The position numbers were made by a program, and so were the translations under genes. Positions 37,501 to 49,899 of a stretch of 64,000 nucleotides of DNA are shown in pieces. Numbering within the stretch: position 1 is the stretch's first letter; each line of letters opens with the position of its first letter. Source of the stretch: Takakia lepidozioides (lineage: Eukaryota > Plantae > Bryophyta); assembly GCA_030704615.1 (NCBI GenBank), contig CM060733.1:45508001-45572000 (forward strand), written 5' to 3'. Under the pieces are notes generated by a model. It saw only the letters and a program-made list of their open reading frames with translations. It was not told where the DNA came from and ran no database searches.

Positions 37501-39560
37501 CGAATGGAGTCTGGCAAGCCTTTGAGTGCTGTACAATTGATGAGCCACAGTTGTTTGAGATGAATCAATGCTCCGATGGAATCAGGCAGGCCTTTGAGTG
37601 CTATACAAGTATTGAGCCACAATTTTTGGAGATGAATCAATGCTCCGATGGAATGAGGCAACCTCTGCAAGGTCCGACAAGTAGCGAGGTCCAACTCTTC
37701 GAGCTCTTTCAACAGCCCCAAACAATCAAGCAGGGCTTGTAAGTTGTTGGAACAACCATGAAGGCTGAGGACTTTTAACTTTGCAAGATTACCAATGGAG
37801 TCGTGAAGGTGTTCAGTTGCTAAACAAGTCTTGAGCCCCATGACATTCAAGTATTGGAGATGAGTCAATGCTCCGATGGAATCAGGCAACCTCTCCAAGC
37901 TCGTACAAGAAGAGAGGTCCAACTCTTTGAGCTCTTTCAACAGCCCCAAACAACGAGGCACGACTTGTATGTTGGAACAACCCTTAAGGCTGAGGACTTT
38001 TAACTTTGTAAGATTACGAATGGAGTCTGGCAGGCCTTCGAGTGCTGTACAATTCTTGAACCACAATTTTTGGAGAAGAATCAATGCTCCGATGGAATGA
38101 GGCAACCTCCCCAAGCTCGTACAAGAAGAGAGGTCCAACTCTTCGAGCTCTTTCAACAGCCCCAAACAATCAGGCACGACTTGTATGTTGGAACAACCCT
38201 CAAGGACGAGGACTTTTAACTTTGCAAGATTACGAATGGAGTCTGGCAGGCCTTTGAGTGTTGTACAATTATTGAGCCACAATTTTTGGAGATGAATCAA
38301 TGCTCCGATGGAATCAGGCAGGTCTTTGAGTGCTGTACAATTCTTGAGCCTCAAGTATTGGAGATGAGTCAATGCTCCGATGGAATCAGGCAACCTCTCC
38401 AAGCTCGTACAAGAAGAGAGGTCCAACTTTTCGAGCTCTTTCAACAGCCCAAAACAATCAGGCACGACTTGTATGTTGGAACAACCCCCAAGGTAGAGGC
38501 TTTTCAATTTTGCAACTTTACGAATAGAGTCTGGAAGGCCTTTGAATGCTGTACAATTATCGAGCCACAATTTTTGGAGATGAATCAATGCTTCGATGGA
38601 ATGAGGCAACCTCTCCAAGCTCGTACAAGAAGAGAGTTGCAACTCTTCGAGCTCTTTCAACACCCCCAAACAATCAGGCACGGCTTGTATGTTGGAACAA
38701 CCCTTAAGGACGAGGACTTTTAACTTTGCAAGATTACCAATGGAATCTGGCAGGCCTTTGAGTGCTGTAGAGCCACAATCCTCCGATGGAATCAGGCAAG
38801 CCTTTGAGTGCTGTACAATTCTTGAGCCACAATTTTTGGAGATGAATCAATTCTCCGATGGAATCAGGCAAGCTCTCCAAGCTCGTACAAGAAGAGAGGT
38901 CCAACTCTTCGAGCTCTTTCAACAGCCCCAAACAATCAAGCACGACTTGTATGTTGGAACAACCCTGAAGGACGAGGACTTTTAACTTTGCAAGATTACC
39001 AATGGAGTCTGGCAGGCCTTTGAGTGCTATACAATTATCGAGCCACAATTTTTGGAGATGAATCAATGCTTCGATGGAATCAGGCAACCTCTCCAAGCTC
39101 GTACAAGAAGAGAGGTCCAACTCTTCGAGCTCTTTCAACACCCCCAAACAATCAGGCACGACTTGTATGTTGGAACAACCCTTAAGGACGAGGACTTTTA
39201 ACTTTGCAAGATTACGAATGGAGTCTGGCAGGCCTTTTAGTGCTGTACAATTATTGAGCCACAATTTTTGGAGATGAATCAATGCTCCGATGGAATCAGG
39301 CAACCTCTCCAAGCTCGTACAAGAAGAGAGGCCCAACTGTTCGAGCTCTTTCAATTGGCCCCAACAATGAGGCACGACTTGTATGTTGGAACAACCCTCA
39401 AGGTTGAGGACTTTCAACTTTGCAAGATTACCAATGGAGTCTGGCAGGCCTTTGAGTGCTGTACAATGCTTGACAATCATCTTTTGAAGCATCGTTAGCT
39501 CTCCAATCGAATGTGGAAGCATTTCAAGTCTCGAACACCTAGATAGTTCTATCTCCTCCA
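34575..39560 (-). repeat. LRR coding tandem array: 72-bp units in 216-bp three-LRR super-repeats
   Basis: LKELEELDLSSCTSLERLPDSIGA / LIHLQKLWLNNCTALKGLPDSIGN / LAKLKVLVLEGCSNIQVVPDCLGL repeated over ~5 kb (roughly 65-70 LRRs by length). Confidence 0.95.
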
Positions 39561-42500
39561 CTTTTTTCATATGAGCCAAAGTGTGTGTTGGACCCTTCAA
39601 GACAATATCACCAAAATTTATTACTATCCGCACCTAGTTTTACTCAAAATAATAGATATTGATCCCAACTCATTTTTTACAACACAACATTTCAAAGAAG
39701 CATACAATTTAAAGTCTACATTTAATGTAATATATGATATTCAATTTAAGTAAAATGTACCTGATTATTATGATCTTCCTCCCACAACTTTTGGATGGTA
39801 CTGTCTCGCACATGAAGCACACGCAAATTGTTCGCAAAGAAAAGCCCGTGCGGCAAGTAGTCGGATCGCAAATCACACATGCGAAACCATGTCAAACTCT
39901 TTGGAAAAGTAATGGAAGATTCCCATGTGAAATCATGTAAGAAAAGTATTCTTAGCTTTTTCATGGTATGAAAGCTCTCCATAGCCAATCTTTTGGAATC
40001 TCTGTCCACATTCTCCAAATTTAGTGAAAGCACTTGGACCTTGGATTTGATCTGGACAACACCACAACATACATTCTTGTATTCAACAGATAATAACATT
40101 CATGACATCTTCAAATAGAAATTCCAATCATATGGCATCTAGGAAAAAAATTGAACGTACATTACATTTTGTGTTTCTCTTGTACAATGAATGTCCATCA
40201 AGTTGTTGATTTACAGTCAAGCCCTTGAAGTAGTGCAGCTCTCAAAATGTGTTAACACTTGGAACAATCAGTTCGCTCCCTCTTCACCCATCAATCAAAT
40301 ATTTGAGTCTTGACTTGCATCGTACAAACTTTAACAACAATGGAATAGACAGTTCGACTTTTATGAAATCACCTCATTTTCAATCACGTCTGTTGCTTCG
40401 TCTTGGGGTACCCAAAAACCACTCCACTTCTCAAGCGAACCATGCTCTATCATCACAATGTGTCGACCCATGTCTCGTAGATGATCATGCATCAAGAATC
40501 TGCGTTCATAGTCCAACTTCACCAATGCCTTATCAATGAGATTTCGAAGTCCAATCTCTACAGACCACCTAGATCCTTTCCAGGCTCGTTTAGCTGTCTC
40601 ACTTGATTCTCCAAGGAGCACACAAGCAATGTCAAGGAACATTTTTTTATGATCTTCCTCAAGAGCATCAAAGCTTATTCGCAAGATCTCATATAGTTTT
40701 CTTTTCTCTGGGAGATAAGATCGTTCCTTCAACTTCTCAAGGACTTCTTCCCAGATGCCTCTGTTCTCCTCTCCACTCAATAATGCGCCAATTATCTCCA
40801 AAATTAACGGAAGCCCACCACAAGCTTTCACAACATCATTTGCAAGCTTTTCAAAATGTTCTTTTGGGTTCGAATTCGAAAAGGCATGCAAATTGAACAA
40901 CTTCTTCGAATCTTCCTCACAAAGAACCTCAACAATGTAAATACCACCAAGTTTTAACATCAATCGCTTGTCACGTGATGTCATCACACAACAACTCCCA
41001 TCTCCTAGTTCTCCAAACATCTCTGCATCGAACAATAGAGCATCCATTTGAGACTGATCATCAACGTCATCCAACACAATCAAAACCTTCTTCCCACGTA
41101 GACGCGCCTTCAATATTTCTTTTCCTCGAGATATGCAATTCATCCTTAAATCTGTATTTTTGCATATGTCATCGTGCAATTGCTTTTGCATGTGGGACCC
41201 ATCAGGCTGCTTAGCTCTCTCCTTGATGTCCGCCACAAAACTAGCCGCCTCAAAATCCGTAAAAATACTATTGTATATTTCTTTTGCTAATGTCGTCTTA
41301 CCCACTCCACCTGTGCCCCATATGCCAAATGTCGTAACTCCTGGACCAAGCTGCAGACTTTGGATTACAATTTTTGCTCTTTCCTTAAGCCCGACAGGGT
41401 GTTTGGCAGTTCCAAATGGTAATATGTTCAAACTTCTTCAACTTTCTTCACGGCTTTCTTCACCACACTCACTTCAGACCTGCACATCAAGGGTATTGAT
41501 AAGGCTACATAAGGCAGTGCCCCATAAGCATCTCATCAAGAATTGCTTCTAAGAATCAGTAATTTTCAATCAGTTATCCAAAGTCAAAAGCAAGCTTCCA
41601 AGGAGCTCCAACATCTACACCACAATCAGCACCACACTTTGTGATCTAAGAGTGCAACAAACAACTTTGTATGCAAAGCTCATAGTGCCAAGGGGCTTTG
41701 CCATTAAAAGTGATGTTGATCCACTAAAAGATCTCGTCAGAAAACAAACAATTACAACTATCATGAAATTTATATGAAATATCCTAAATCATATAATTAA
41801 AGTCCCACTTCTACATTTGCATGCACGATTCTTTCCTAGGAGAGAAAAAGAATGAGGAAATAGAGAGTGGGCTGTAATATCTTTACGAATATGGAGATAT
41901 ATCCATACTTACAGTTAAATGTAGCCAAATAAGAAGCATTGAGCAGATCTGATCTAAGGTTATTATAGAGGAATTTTCAGATGAGCAAACAAAAAAAATT
42001 AGAAAAACAGCAACAAAAAATAATAATAAAAGAAAAAGAAAAAGAAAAAAAGAAGCATGTATAAAAGACGCCGCCCATGACAAAACAATGAACATGGATT
42101 CATATGAACCCTGAACTAAGAATTGTAGTATATAGACTTGGTGACTGCCTCTCACACATCCATGGACCAAGCAAAAAATGAAGACGTATGGAAGTATCAG
42201 GCCACCATCATTTTCTCTCCAAGAGAAAGTAAGTGCAATGACCTGATGGTACAAGAACGCATGACAAATCCTTAAAACCGACAAGAGAAGAAAACGATAT
42301 CCCCATGCAGCCCCTCGTTGTTGACAAAGGCCTCCACAACTTCAAGGGTAGAGTCATACAAGGAAGACAGCAAGGTAGGAGCAATTGGGTAATGAATGCT
42401 TATAAAAGTCGAGTTCTCGGGAGTGGGAGGGAGGTGGGAAATCAAGTAAATCATCATCATGCCAAATATACAGGAGTAAGCAAGCAAACTTTGCACACCC

Positions 42501-42950
42501 TACCCATCTGCAAGTTCCACTCCCATGCGATGTGATGCTTGAGTGAGTGCTTCCTTCCATTTTGTCACTTCTTCATCAGTGTGCCGCTCTCTTAGTTTCT
42601 CAAGCCCAGCCCTTAGACAACCATTATCTGGCCAACGTACATCGCTGGGTTTCACATCATAGAAGATGGGCAAGATGACATTGTCACGGCTTTTCAACAT
42701 GAGGCATAGCTCATCCAGGCACCACTTGGACCCCGTATAGCCCTTACTGAACACCGGTATGCAGATATGAGCACTGCGGATAGCATGATCGATGGACTCC
42801 CATGGACTCTCTCCCAAACCAATATCTTTGGCGTCGAGGAACGGTTTAAACCCAGCAGTGCGCAGCGCCTCATCCAAGTGGCCCACGAAAGTCTTCTTTA
42901 CGTCCGGCCCTCTATGACTGATAAACACATCATACCTCTCCACGGGACCT
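34575..42950 (-). pseudogene. TIR-NB-ARC-LRR (TNL) immune receptor gene, frameshifted in the LRR region
   Basis: TIR exon ~42500-42950 (YDVFISHRGPDVKK...SKWCLDEL...PIFYDV). NB-ARC exon ~40370-41480 (GTGGVGKTT, LIVLDDV, GGLPL, MHDHLRDMG). Linker exon ~39760-40050. LRR exon from ~39600 down to 34575 with stops and frameshifts. Confidence 0.92.
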
Positions 42951-43211
42951 GCACATAGAAGAACAGAACCTTTTCCTGCACAAAGTGAATGCCTAAGAGG
43001 ATGAGGTTGACTTGCAAAAGGGTCAGTTTAATCTGACCTTAACTCAAGGGGATTTTCCAGCAGCCATGACAAGAAAACAATCCCCAAGTCAATGCCCATG
43101 CCTGAGCATACAAACCAAAAAATGGTGAGGCTCCTGGGGCTGAGCGAAAAGGTATTTACCACGCCACCAGTTCCCTCACCCCTGACTCTCTTTCTATCTT
43201 TCTATCTTTCA

Positions 43212-46200
43212 ATGGTTATAAATGGGCAGGTAGGATGTGTACTCTCAAGGCAGCCTCTGCCAAACGCGGTCAAAAAGGGGTTGGATTCTTTATCCGTGAT
43301 TTCTTGTTTGATAATTGTGAAATTATCAACAAGGGTTTGAGGTACGAGCATAGTATCTGGCTAAAACTGAATCTGAAGGGCGGCATGAGTACGAAGGACC
43401 TCTTTGTGGGTTGTGTTTACATGCCCACAGAGGGGACCCTTAGTGCTGATGCAGACAAAGCCTTCGAAGATGTAAAGCTGGACTGTGCTTCGTTCCTTGC
43501 CAAAGGTCAGGTAGTGCTATTGGGTGACTTCAATGCCCGGGTGGGCAAAGGGCTCCATCAGGACGATATCATTGGGCCTTTTGGTGAGGACGAGCTGAAT
43601 TCTAGTGGCAGACGGTTAATTAACTGTCTGGAAGAGCTTCAGCTTTTGACCTTGAATAACAGGACAAGAGGTGACCAAATGCAGTGGACTCGTGAGAAAT
43701 CCCAAACTGGGGAACGTCCATTGTGGACTATATCATAATGGACAAAAATTTGTTTCCCCAGTGTGCCAATGTGTTGATCGACAGAACTGATATTGGTACC
43801 TCTGACCACTTCCTGGTTTGGACTGAGATCAAAAGGTGTTTTCCCAACACCAAGAGATCTGTGAAACATTCGATTCGGAAGTGGCGCATAGAAAAATTCC
43901 ATAATGAGGAGGTAAAGGCTGAGTACGTCCAGGCTTTGCAAGAGGCTCTCCCTCATTTTGTCCAATCGCTCCAAGAACTTCAGTCTCGCTCTGACAACGC
44001 AAGAAATGAAGTCGAAAGAGCAGTGGACTCTTGGGAGAGTTTCGTCTCCTCCGTGGCTGACAAGATCATTGGGAGGAAACTAATTGTCTGCGGTAGAGCT
44101 GTTAATTGGTGGACCAATGAGATCAAACTCAAGATAGCTGACAAGATCATTGGGAGGAAACTAATTGTCTGCGGTAGAGCTGTTAATTGGTGGACCAATG
44201 AGATCAAACTCAAGATAGCTGAGAGACGAGCCCTCTATAAAGAGTGCTGCAATTTGAAAACCAACAGAGAATTGTGGGCGAGGTACTATCAGCTCCGGAA
44301 AGATATCAATCAGCTTGTTAGGTCTCAGAAGAAATTATACTGGGATAAGTTATACAGTGAAATAAACTCAAACCACTATGGTGGTAATGACAAGAAATTC
44401 TGGTTGGCCCTTCAACGTTTGTACAAGCCTAAAAACGGTCAGCAAGTACAAGCGCTGAAGACTACTAAAGGTGCAGTGGTGACTTCATCGGTTGACATTG
44501 TCAAAACCTTTGAAAATCACTACAGTATCCTTGGCAGAACTTCTAGGTCTAACAGTGAGGGGTCTTCTGCTGAATGGAGGGACACAGTTGGAAAAACTGT
44601 TCCTATGATTCAAAACAGCCCTGATGAACTGGAGTATATTTCAATGGCTTATAACGCTCCCATTAGTTCTTCTGAGATTGTGGAAGCAATTGAACATTTA
44701 AATGGATATAAAGCTGGTGGACCTGATGGTACTGTCAACGAGCTTATCAAGCACGGTGGCGATCCCATGATAGAGGCCCTAGTTCTCCTCTTTAACCTTA
44801 TCTGGAAGACTGAAATGATCCCCTTTCGCTGGCGACAGGGGGTCATTGTCAATCTATACAAGAAGGGTGACAGAGAAGAACCGGGGAACTACCGTGGCAT
44901 CATGCTCCTCAATGCTGTTGGCAAGACATTCTGCAGAGCTATAAGTACTCGTCTCGAGGTTGATCTGGAGTCTAGAGGTTGTTTCCATGAAGGCCAAGCT
45001 GGCTTTCGGCGAAACAGGGGCTGTGTGGATCATATCTTCACTCTAAGCCAGATTATTCAGGGAAGGAAAAAAGAAGGGAAACCCACTTATGTTTTTTTCC
45101 TGGATGTCAAAAAGGCTTATGACACAGTGTGGAGAGATGGCCTATGGTTCCGCCTCTGGTCTTGTGGGATCAAGGGAAAGATGTGGAGAGTTGTCCACAA
45201 CTTGTATGCTCACACCAAAAGCTGTGTCACTGTTAACGGACAGAAGTCCAACTTCTTTGACATAGACCAAGGTGTAGCTCAAGGATGTACTCTCTCCCCT
45301 CTGCTCTTCAATGTTTTCATCAATCAACTCCTCGAGGATGTGGAAAGTGAAGGATTTGGGTTAAGGGTGGGTGATACCACCATACCAGCCCTTATGTTTG
45401 CGGATGACTTTGCAGGCATAGGGGAGACTCCAACCAATCTCCAGGAGTTGATTGATTGCGCGAAGAGATACTTTGATCTTTGGGGGCTAGAGGCTAATGT
45501 CAGCAAATGTACAGTGGTACCATTCAGCGACAGAGGAGATGGAGGAAGTGATCTTAAGTGGCAGTGGGGTAGCCAAGAGATCCCGGTCCTCCCTTCCTAC
45601 ACTTACCTGGGCGTTGAGTTTTCCTCCAATTGTAATTGGGATGCACATATCCGGAAAGTTGTTCAAACTGGCAAGGGCAAAGCTCTGGGGCTCACTAAAT
45701 TTTTCCACTGCAGAGGGGTCAACTCTGAGGTTAAGAAAACCATGCTTTCTCGCGTTATTAGACCTGCCTTGGAGTACGGATCTGCTATATGGGTTGATAA
45801 CTCCAACCAGGCTAAGTCTCTAGAATCCATTCAAGTGGGGGTGCTTAAGGAGTGTATGTCAGCATGCTCCAAAACAGCCAATGTGGCTGTTCGGGGTGAG
45901 TTTGGCATTCCATCCTTAAGCTCCCGACGAGATGAATTAAAGGTCAGATGGTGGGGTCAGCTGCAACATATGCCCAACACCAGATATCATAAGTTAATCG
46001 ACTCTATATCTTGGAAACAGGACCGCCCTGTCAAACACTCTAATTCCTGGCAGAAGAGAGTAGAAAAGATTCTCAAGGACCTGGACCTGGATCCGCAAGT
46101 CTTGACCCTGCTGGATAAATCTGACTTAGAGGCTGTAGTGTCTGAAGCCATGTCTGTTGCCATGAGATTGTCTGATGAAAATGAAGTTAGGCAGAGAACT

Positions 46201-46740
46201 TCCCTGAACTTGTTTCCAGTCAGTGACATGGGGGTGGACATCTTGGATGACCTCAAGGGTCTACCCACTCTCGGCACTAGACTGAAATTTAAACTCAGGG
46301 CAGGAAGCCTACCTTTGAACAGCAAACAGAAGCAGAGAGGAAAGGGAGAGTGCAATTGTCCGTTGTGTGGGCAATCTGAAGACAGTATTCATTTTCTGAT
46401 ACACTGTCCGGGGTTCTCTCACCAAAGAGACGCTTTCTTCAATTCTATCAAGGGAATTGTGCCTGTACCCCTGTTTACCAACTTTGAAAGTCTCGAGGCT
46501 GAGCCAAAAGCCCAGGCCCTCCTGAGGCCTAGTTTTTGGGCAAATCACACACAGCAGATTGATGCTTGTGTGAAGGGTTTTCAAGTTGGAAAACCCGGAT
46601 TAATTCTTTATATGAAGGGAAGTCTTACTACCAACGTCAGCCCCTGACGGAGGTAGGTTTTGTTCCTTTTGTTCCCGCTCAAACTGGGCGCGGGGTCAAT
46701 GGCCACAAGGCTACGGCAAACAGCATCTTATGAGTACAAT
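43212..46740 (+). mobile_element. Non-LTR retrotransposon (APE endonuclease + RT + C-terminal CCHC), 5'-truncated
   Basis: TSD ctatctttca at 43202-43211 and 46741-46750; ends ...gagtacaat with no poly(A). Confidence 0.92.
43235..46647 (+). pseudogene. LINE ORF2: APE-RT polyprotein, frameshift ~43720
   Basis: APE motifs LLGDFNAR, DYII and SDH. RT motifs KAGGPDG, NYRGIML, QAGFR, DVKKAYD, GVAQG and FADD. Zn finger CPLC...H...C. 81-bp in-frame duplication at 44056-44217. Confidence 0.92.
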
Positions 46741-47303
46741 CTATCTTTCATACCTCAGATTCGTACCAATTGTGACACTATTTAGGTGTGTGACTCTTAG
46801 TGCACATCACCTGCGGACTCACATGTACCGATTAACACCAGTATTGTAATACCAGTGTTAGACCTTCAAGCTGGCGTCCATGGACTTCTAAAACAGATTA
46901 AACTTTTCTCATCTCCAGCAGGTAACTCCCACTTTCAGTCGTGCACCCAGCTTACTCACCTACGTCGTTTCTTCCAGTTCTCTTGCATTCCCATGTCATC
47001 ATGTTTACCACGGATAGTTCCTAAACTTAACACCAGAACAGTGCTTCTTTGTCTGGTGCGAACTACTCCCATACTTCAAACAAGTTGGCGCAAGGTGAGA
47101 AGGACTTATGCTCATCAAGTCCCGCCAAATTTCCACCACTTCTGGGAGGTGCGGAATGTTCACAAAAGAAGCTGGCGGCGGTGGGCTATCGTCTGATAAC
47201 CCCTACTAATTGTCAATCCCACCCAAGGAGGCCAGCGGAGTAGCTCTCTCAATGGAGGAAAGAAAGCTGACAGCGTTACCTCTGGGGGTTCGGTTGCCGC
47301 GGT

Positions 47304-47567
47304 TGATATCCACTGAGTCATCCTCGGCAGCCCGTTCATGTGGATCCTGAGAGCTGGAAGCAAGCGTGGACCTTTGAGCAGATGCAGAGCTGATATCCAC
47401 TGAGTCATCCTCGGCAGCCCGTTCATGTGGATCCTGAGAGCTGGAAGCAAGCGCGGACCTTTGAGCAGATGCAGCGCTGATATCCACTGAGTCAGTCATC
47501 CTCGGTAGCCCGTTCATGTAGACCCTGAGAGCTGGAAGCACGCGTGGACCTTTGAGCAGATGCAGCA
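47304..47567. repeat. 87-bp tandem repeat x3
   Basis: Units start at 47304, 47391 and 47478. The minus strand encodes SVDISSASAQRSTLASSSQDPHERAAEDD. Confidence 0.9.
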
Positions 47568-49899
47568 CTGGATTTCGACCAGAGAGGAGGCAGCCACTGC
47601 ACGGCACAGCGAACATAGCACACACCAACAATCGCAAGCGCCGCCCAGGTAGCCCATCCTACATTTTGACTCTTCCGCTGTACGCTCCATCATGTTCACC
47701 CTCGATCGGCTTCCGATGCAGCACCACCCTTCATCCACCACAAGCTGCATGCCATGCCATGACTTCACACTCTCAAGAACCCACTACCTCTTTCAGAATA
47801 TTAAATCCCAACAGACATCAATACATGTGGGAAAGACCTCATACCGCATGTACAAGCATCCCCAGCCATTGGAATGGCGTTGTGCGGCATAGTGAGGAGA
47901 CGATGCAGGGCGTCCGTGGCAGCGAGCACGCAAGAAGAAGCAAGTAGCACTGAAGACACAGGATCCCAGTGAGGATCAGAAGGACCCAACACGAGCCTCG
48001 CTCCCTCTCTCTTCCCAGTGTTCATCCAGAAAAATGGATGAACAATCCGCTCATGGATGTTCGTTGACCTTCCCGTTAAACATAAAGCACTTGCCGAGTG
48101 GTTGGGTGTTTGTGCCTTGCCTGTGCATAACCTGGGTGATACTTGGTTCAATCCTTCAACATGTGCCTTCAGACCATCCATTGGGCCCTCGATGGCCTGT
48201 GTTGAGCAGTAGGCTCAGTAAATTCACTCGACGTTAAAGAATCTTTATTTTTATTTTTATCTTTATCTTTGTTATTATCTGCTCCCCAAGAGTAGATTGG
48301 CTCGCTTGGGGCACTGCTTGACTTTCTTCTTTTCAACAAAAACTGGAAGAACACACAAAAAAAGCTAGCAGTGAGTAGATAATGAAAAGAAGCGCCTGGT
48401 CGAAAAGATTCGGAAGGTGGAAGGAAATCTTTCACATGCTTTATGCAAGGGAAGGTCCCACACAAGGGTGGTGCCCGAAAATTGAGGAATGCCCCACACC
48501 AGGGCCTGGAGTGGTGCAATCAAGTCGCCCCAGCTCTCCTCATAGAAATTACATATCCACAATCGTGGGTATCTGAACATGCTCTCCTGGTCTTTTTCCA
48601 TGTCCAAAGTACTATAATAGTGCTCTACTGCTCAATTGACTCATTGCACCAAATCTCTTGTTGTTGTGAGAATAAGATTCAGCAAAGCCTTCACCCTCCT
48701 CCGCCAAAGTTCTGCTCTAGGTTAGGTTGCCACAGTGAACAGAAAATGCTTGGATCCTATATCCCTTGTGCTGCAAGGCCATTTGCTGTGGGTGAGGACT
48801 CTTGAGCACCTTACAAAGTAACTATTGGTAGTTGAAAGTGCAAAACAACCGTGCATGCATTGACTGCCGTCTGGCTTTCTCTCCAGGCATTTGGGGGTCT
48901 GCGATCTGCTACATGTAAGTGTCTTTGAAGGCAACGATCAAAGGATCCGGTCACTTGCAGTTGCCGTCTCAAGGGCAACATTGCAAGAATCACAATTAAG
49001 TAAGAAAGATGGTGGAAGAAGCTGCAAACTGCAAATGAGTGAAGTGGCAGGGTGATGCTCCATTCTTAACATGCTCCCCTTCCCGCCATGGTGATAGAGC
49101 CACACAAATGGACTCCCTTCCCGCCACGGTGCAATTTCAAGGCAACGGAATGGGATTGTCCGCCGAAACGTGATTTGGAGATCGCGGCCGAATCCGTGAT
49201 GGAATTCAACCTTCCAATACATGATTCCTCAATCCATCTCGCTCTTCCGCTGAGGGTGGCATTGGGCGAACTACCCCCTGCTACAAACTTTTGATCGTAA
49301 TGCGATTTTGAGAGACAAATCGATGCAACCGGAAATTGTGCAGACGATGACCGTCGATGAGTGAAGTTCACTGTATATGGCCTAAGACAAGTGGCGCAGG
49401 TTCTGCCTTATAGTCGAGTTGGTCACACTTCAATGCATACATTTCATACACATTCAACCATATGCCCAAGATCACAACGTCCTGAATCGTGAAAATTGAA
49501 ATTCCACGCACGTCCTCCAATTCCTCACACACACACACGAACTGTAGAGACAGGTGGTTTTCCAGGATGTAGTTGTTTGAGTCGATTTTGGTCATTTCTC
49601 TCAATGTCTTGTTGAAAAGATTCTAGTTATGATGGGAAGCATCTTGATGGCTTTTAAATGGTTTGCTGTTGAGTATAACTTTCCATCATGTTCTGGAATC
49701 TACCAATTGGTATAAAATGTCAACTGTCTTCTCTGCCAAAGGATGTGTGACTGAACCTTTCAAATTGAGATTGCAGGAGGAGGGAATTGACGGTAGTGAA
49801 ATGGGAGTGGCAGAGCCAAATTGAGGAGTCTCTGCAAAGGAGAATCCGGCCCCCTGCAACGGCGTGCACAAACTACATTGAAGAGGCTCCCCAATAAAA

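Noticed and set aside
35128-39498. Plus-strand ORFs within the LRR array
   Set aside because: Antisense shadows of the repeated LRR coding sequence.
47801-49871. Minus-strand fragments including HPFFW (IRE1/kinase-like)
   Set aside because: Single short motif, no kinase catalytic motifs, fragmented frames.
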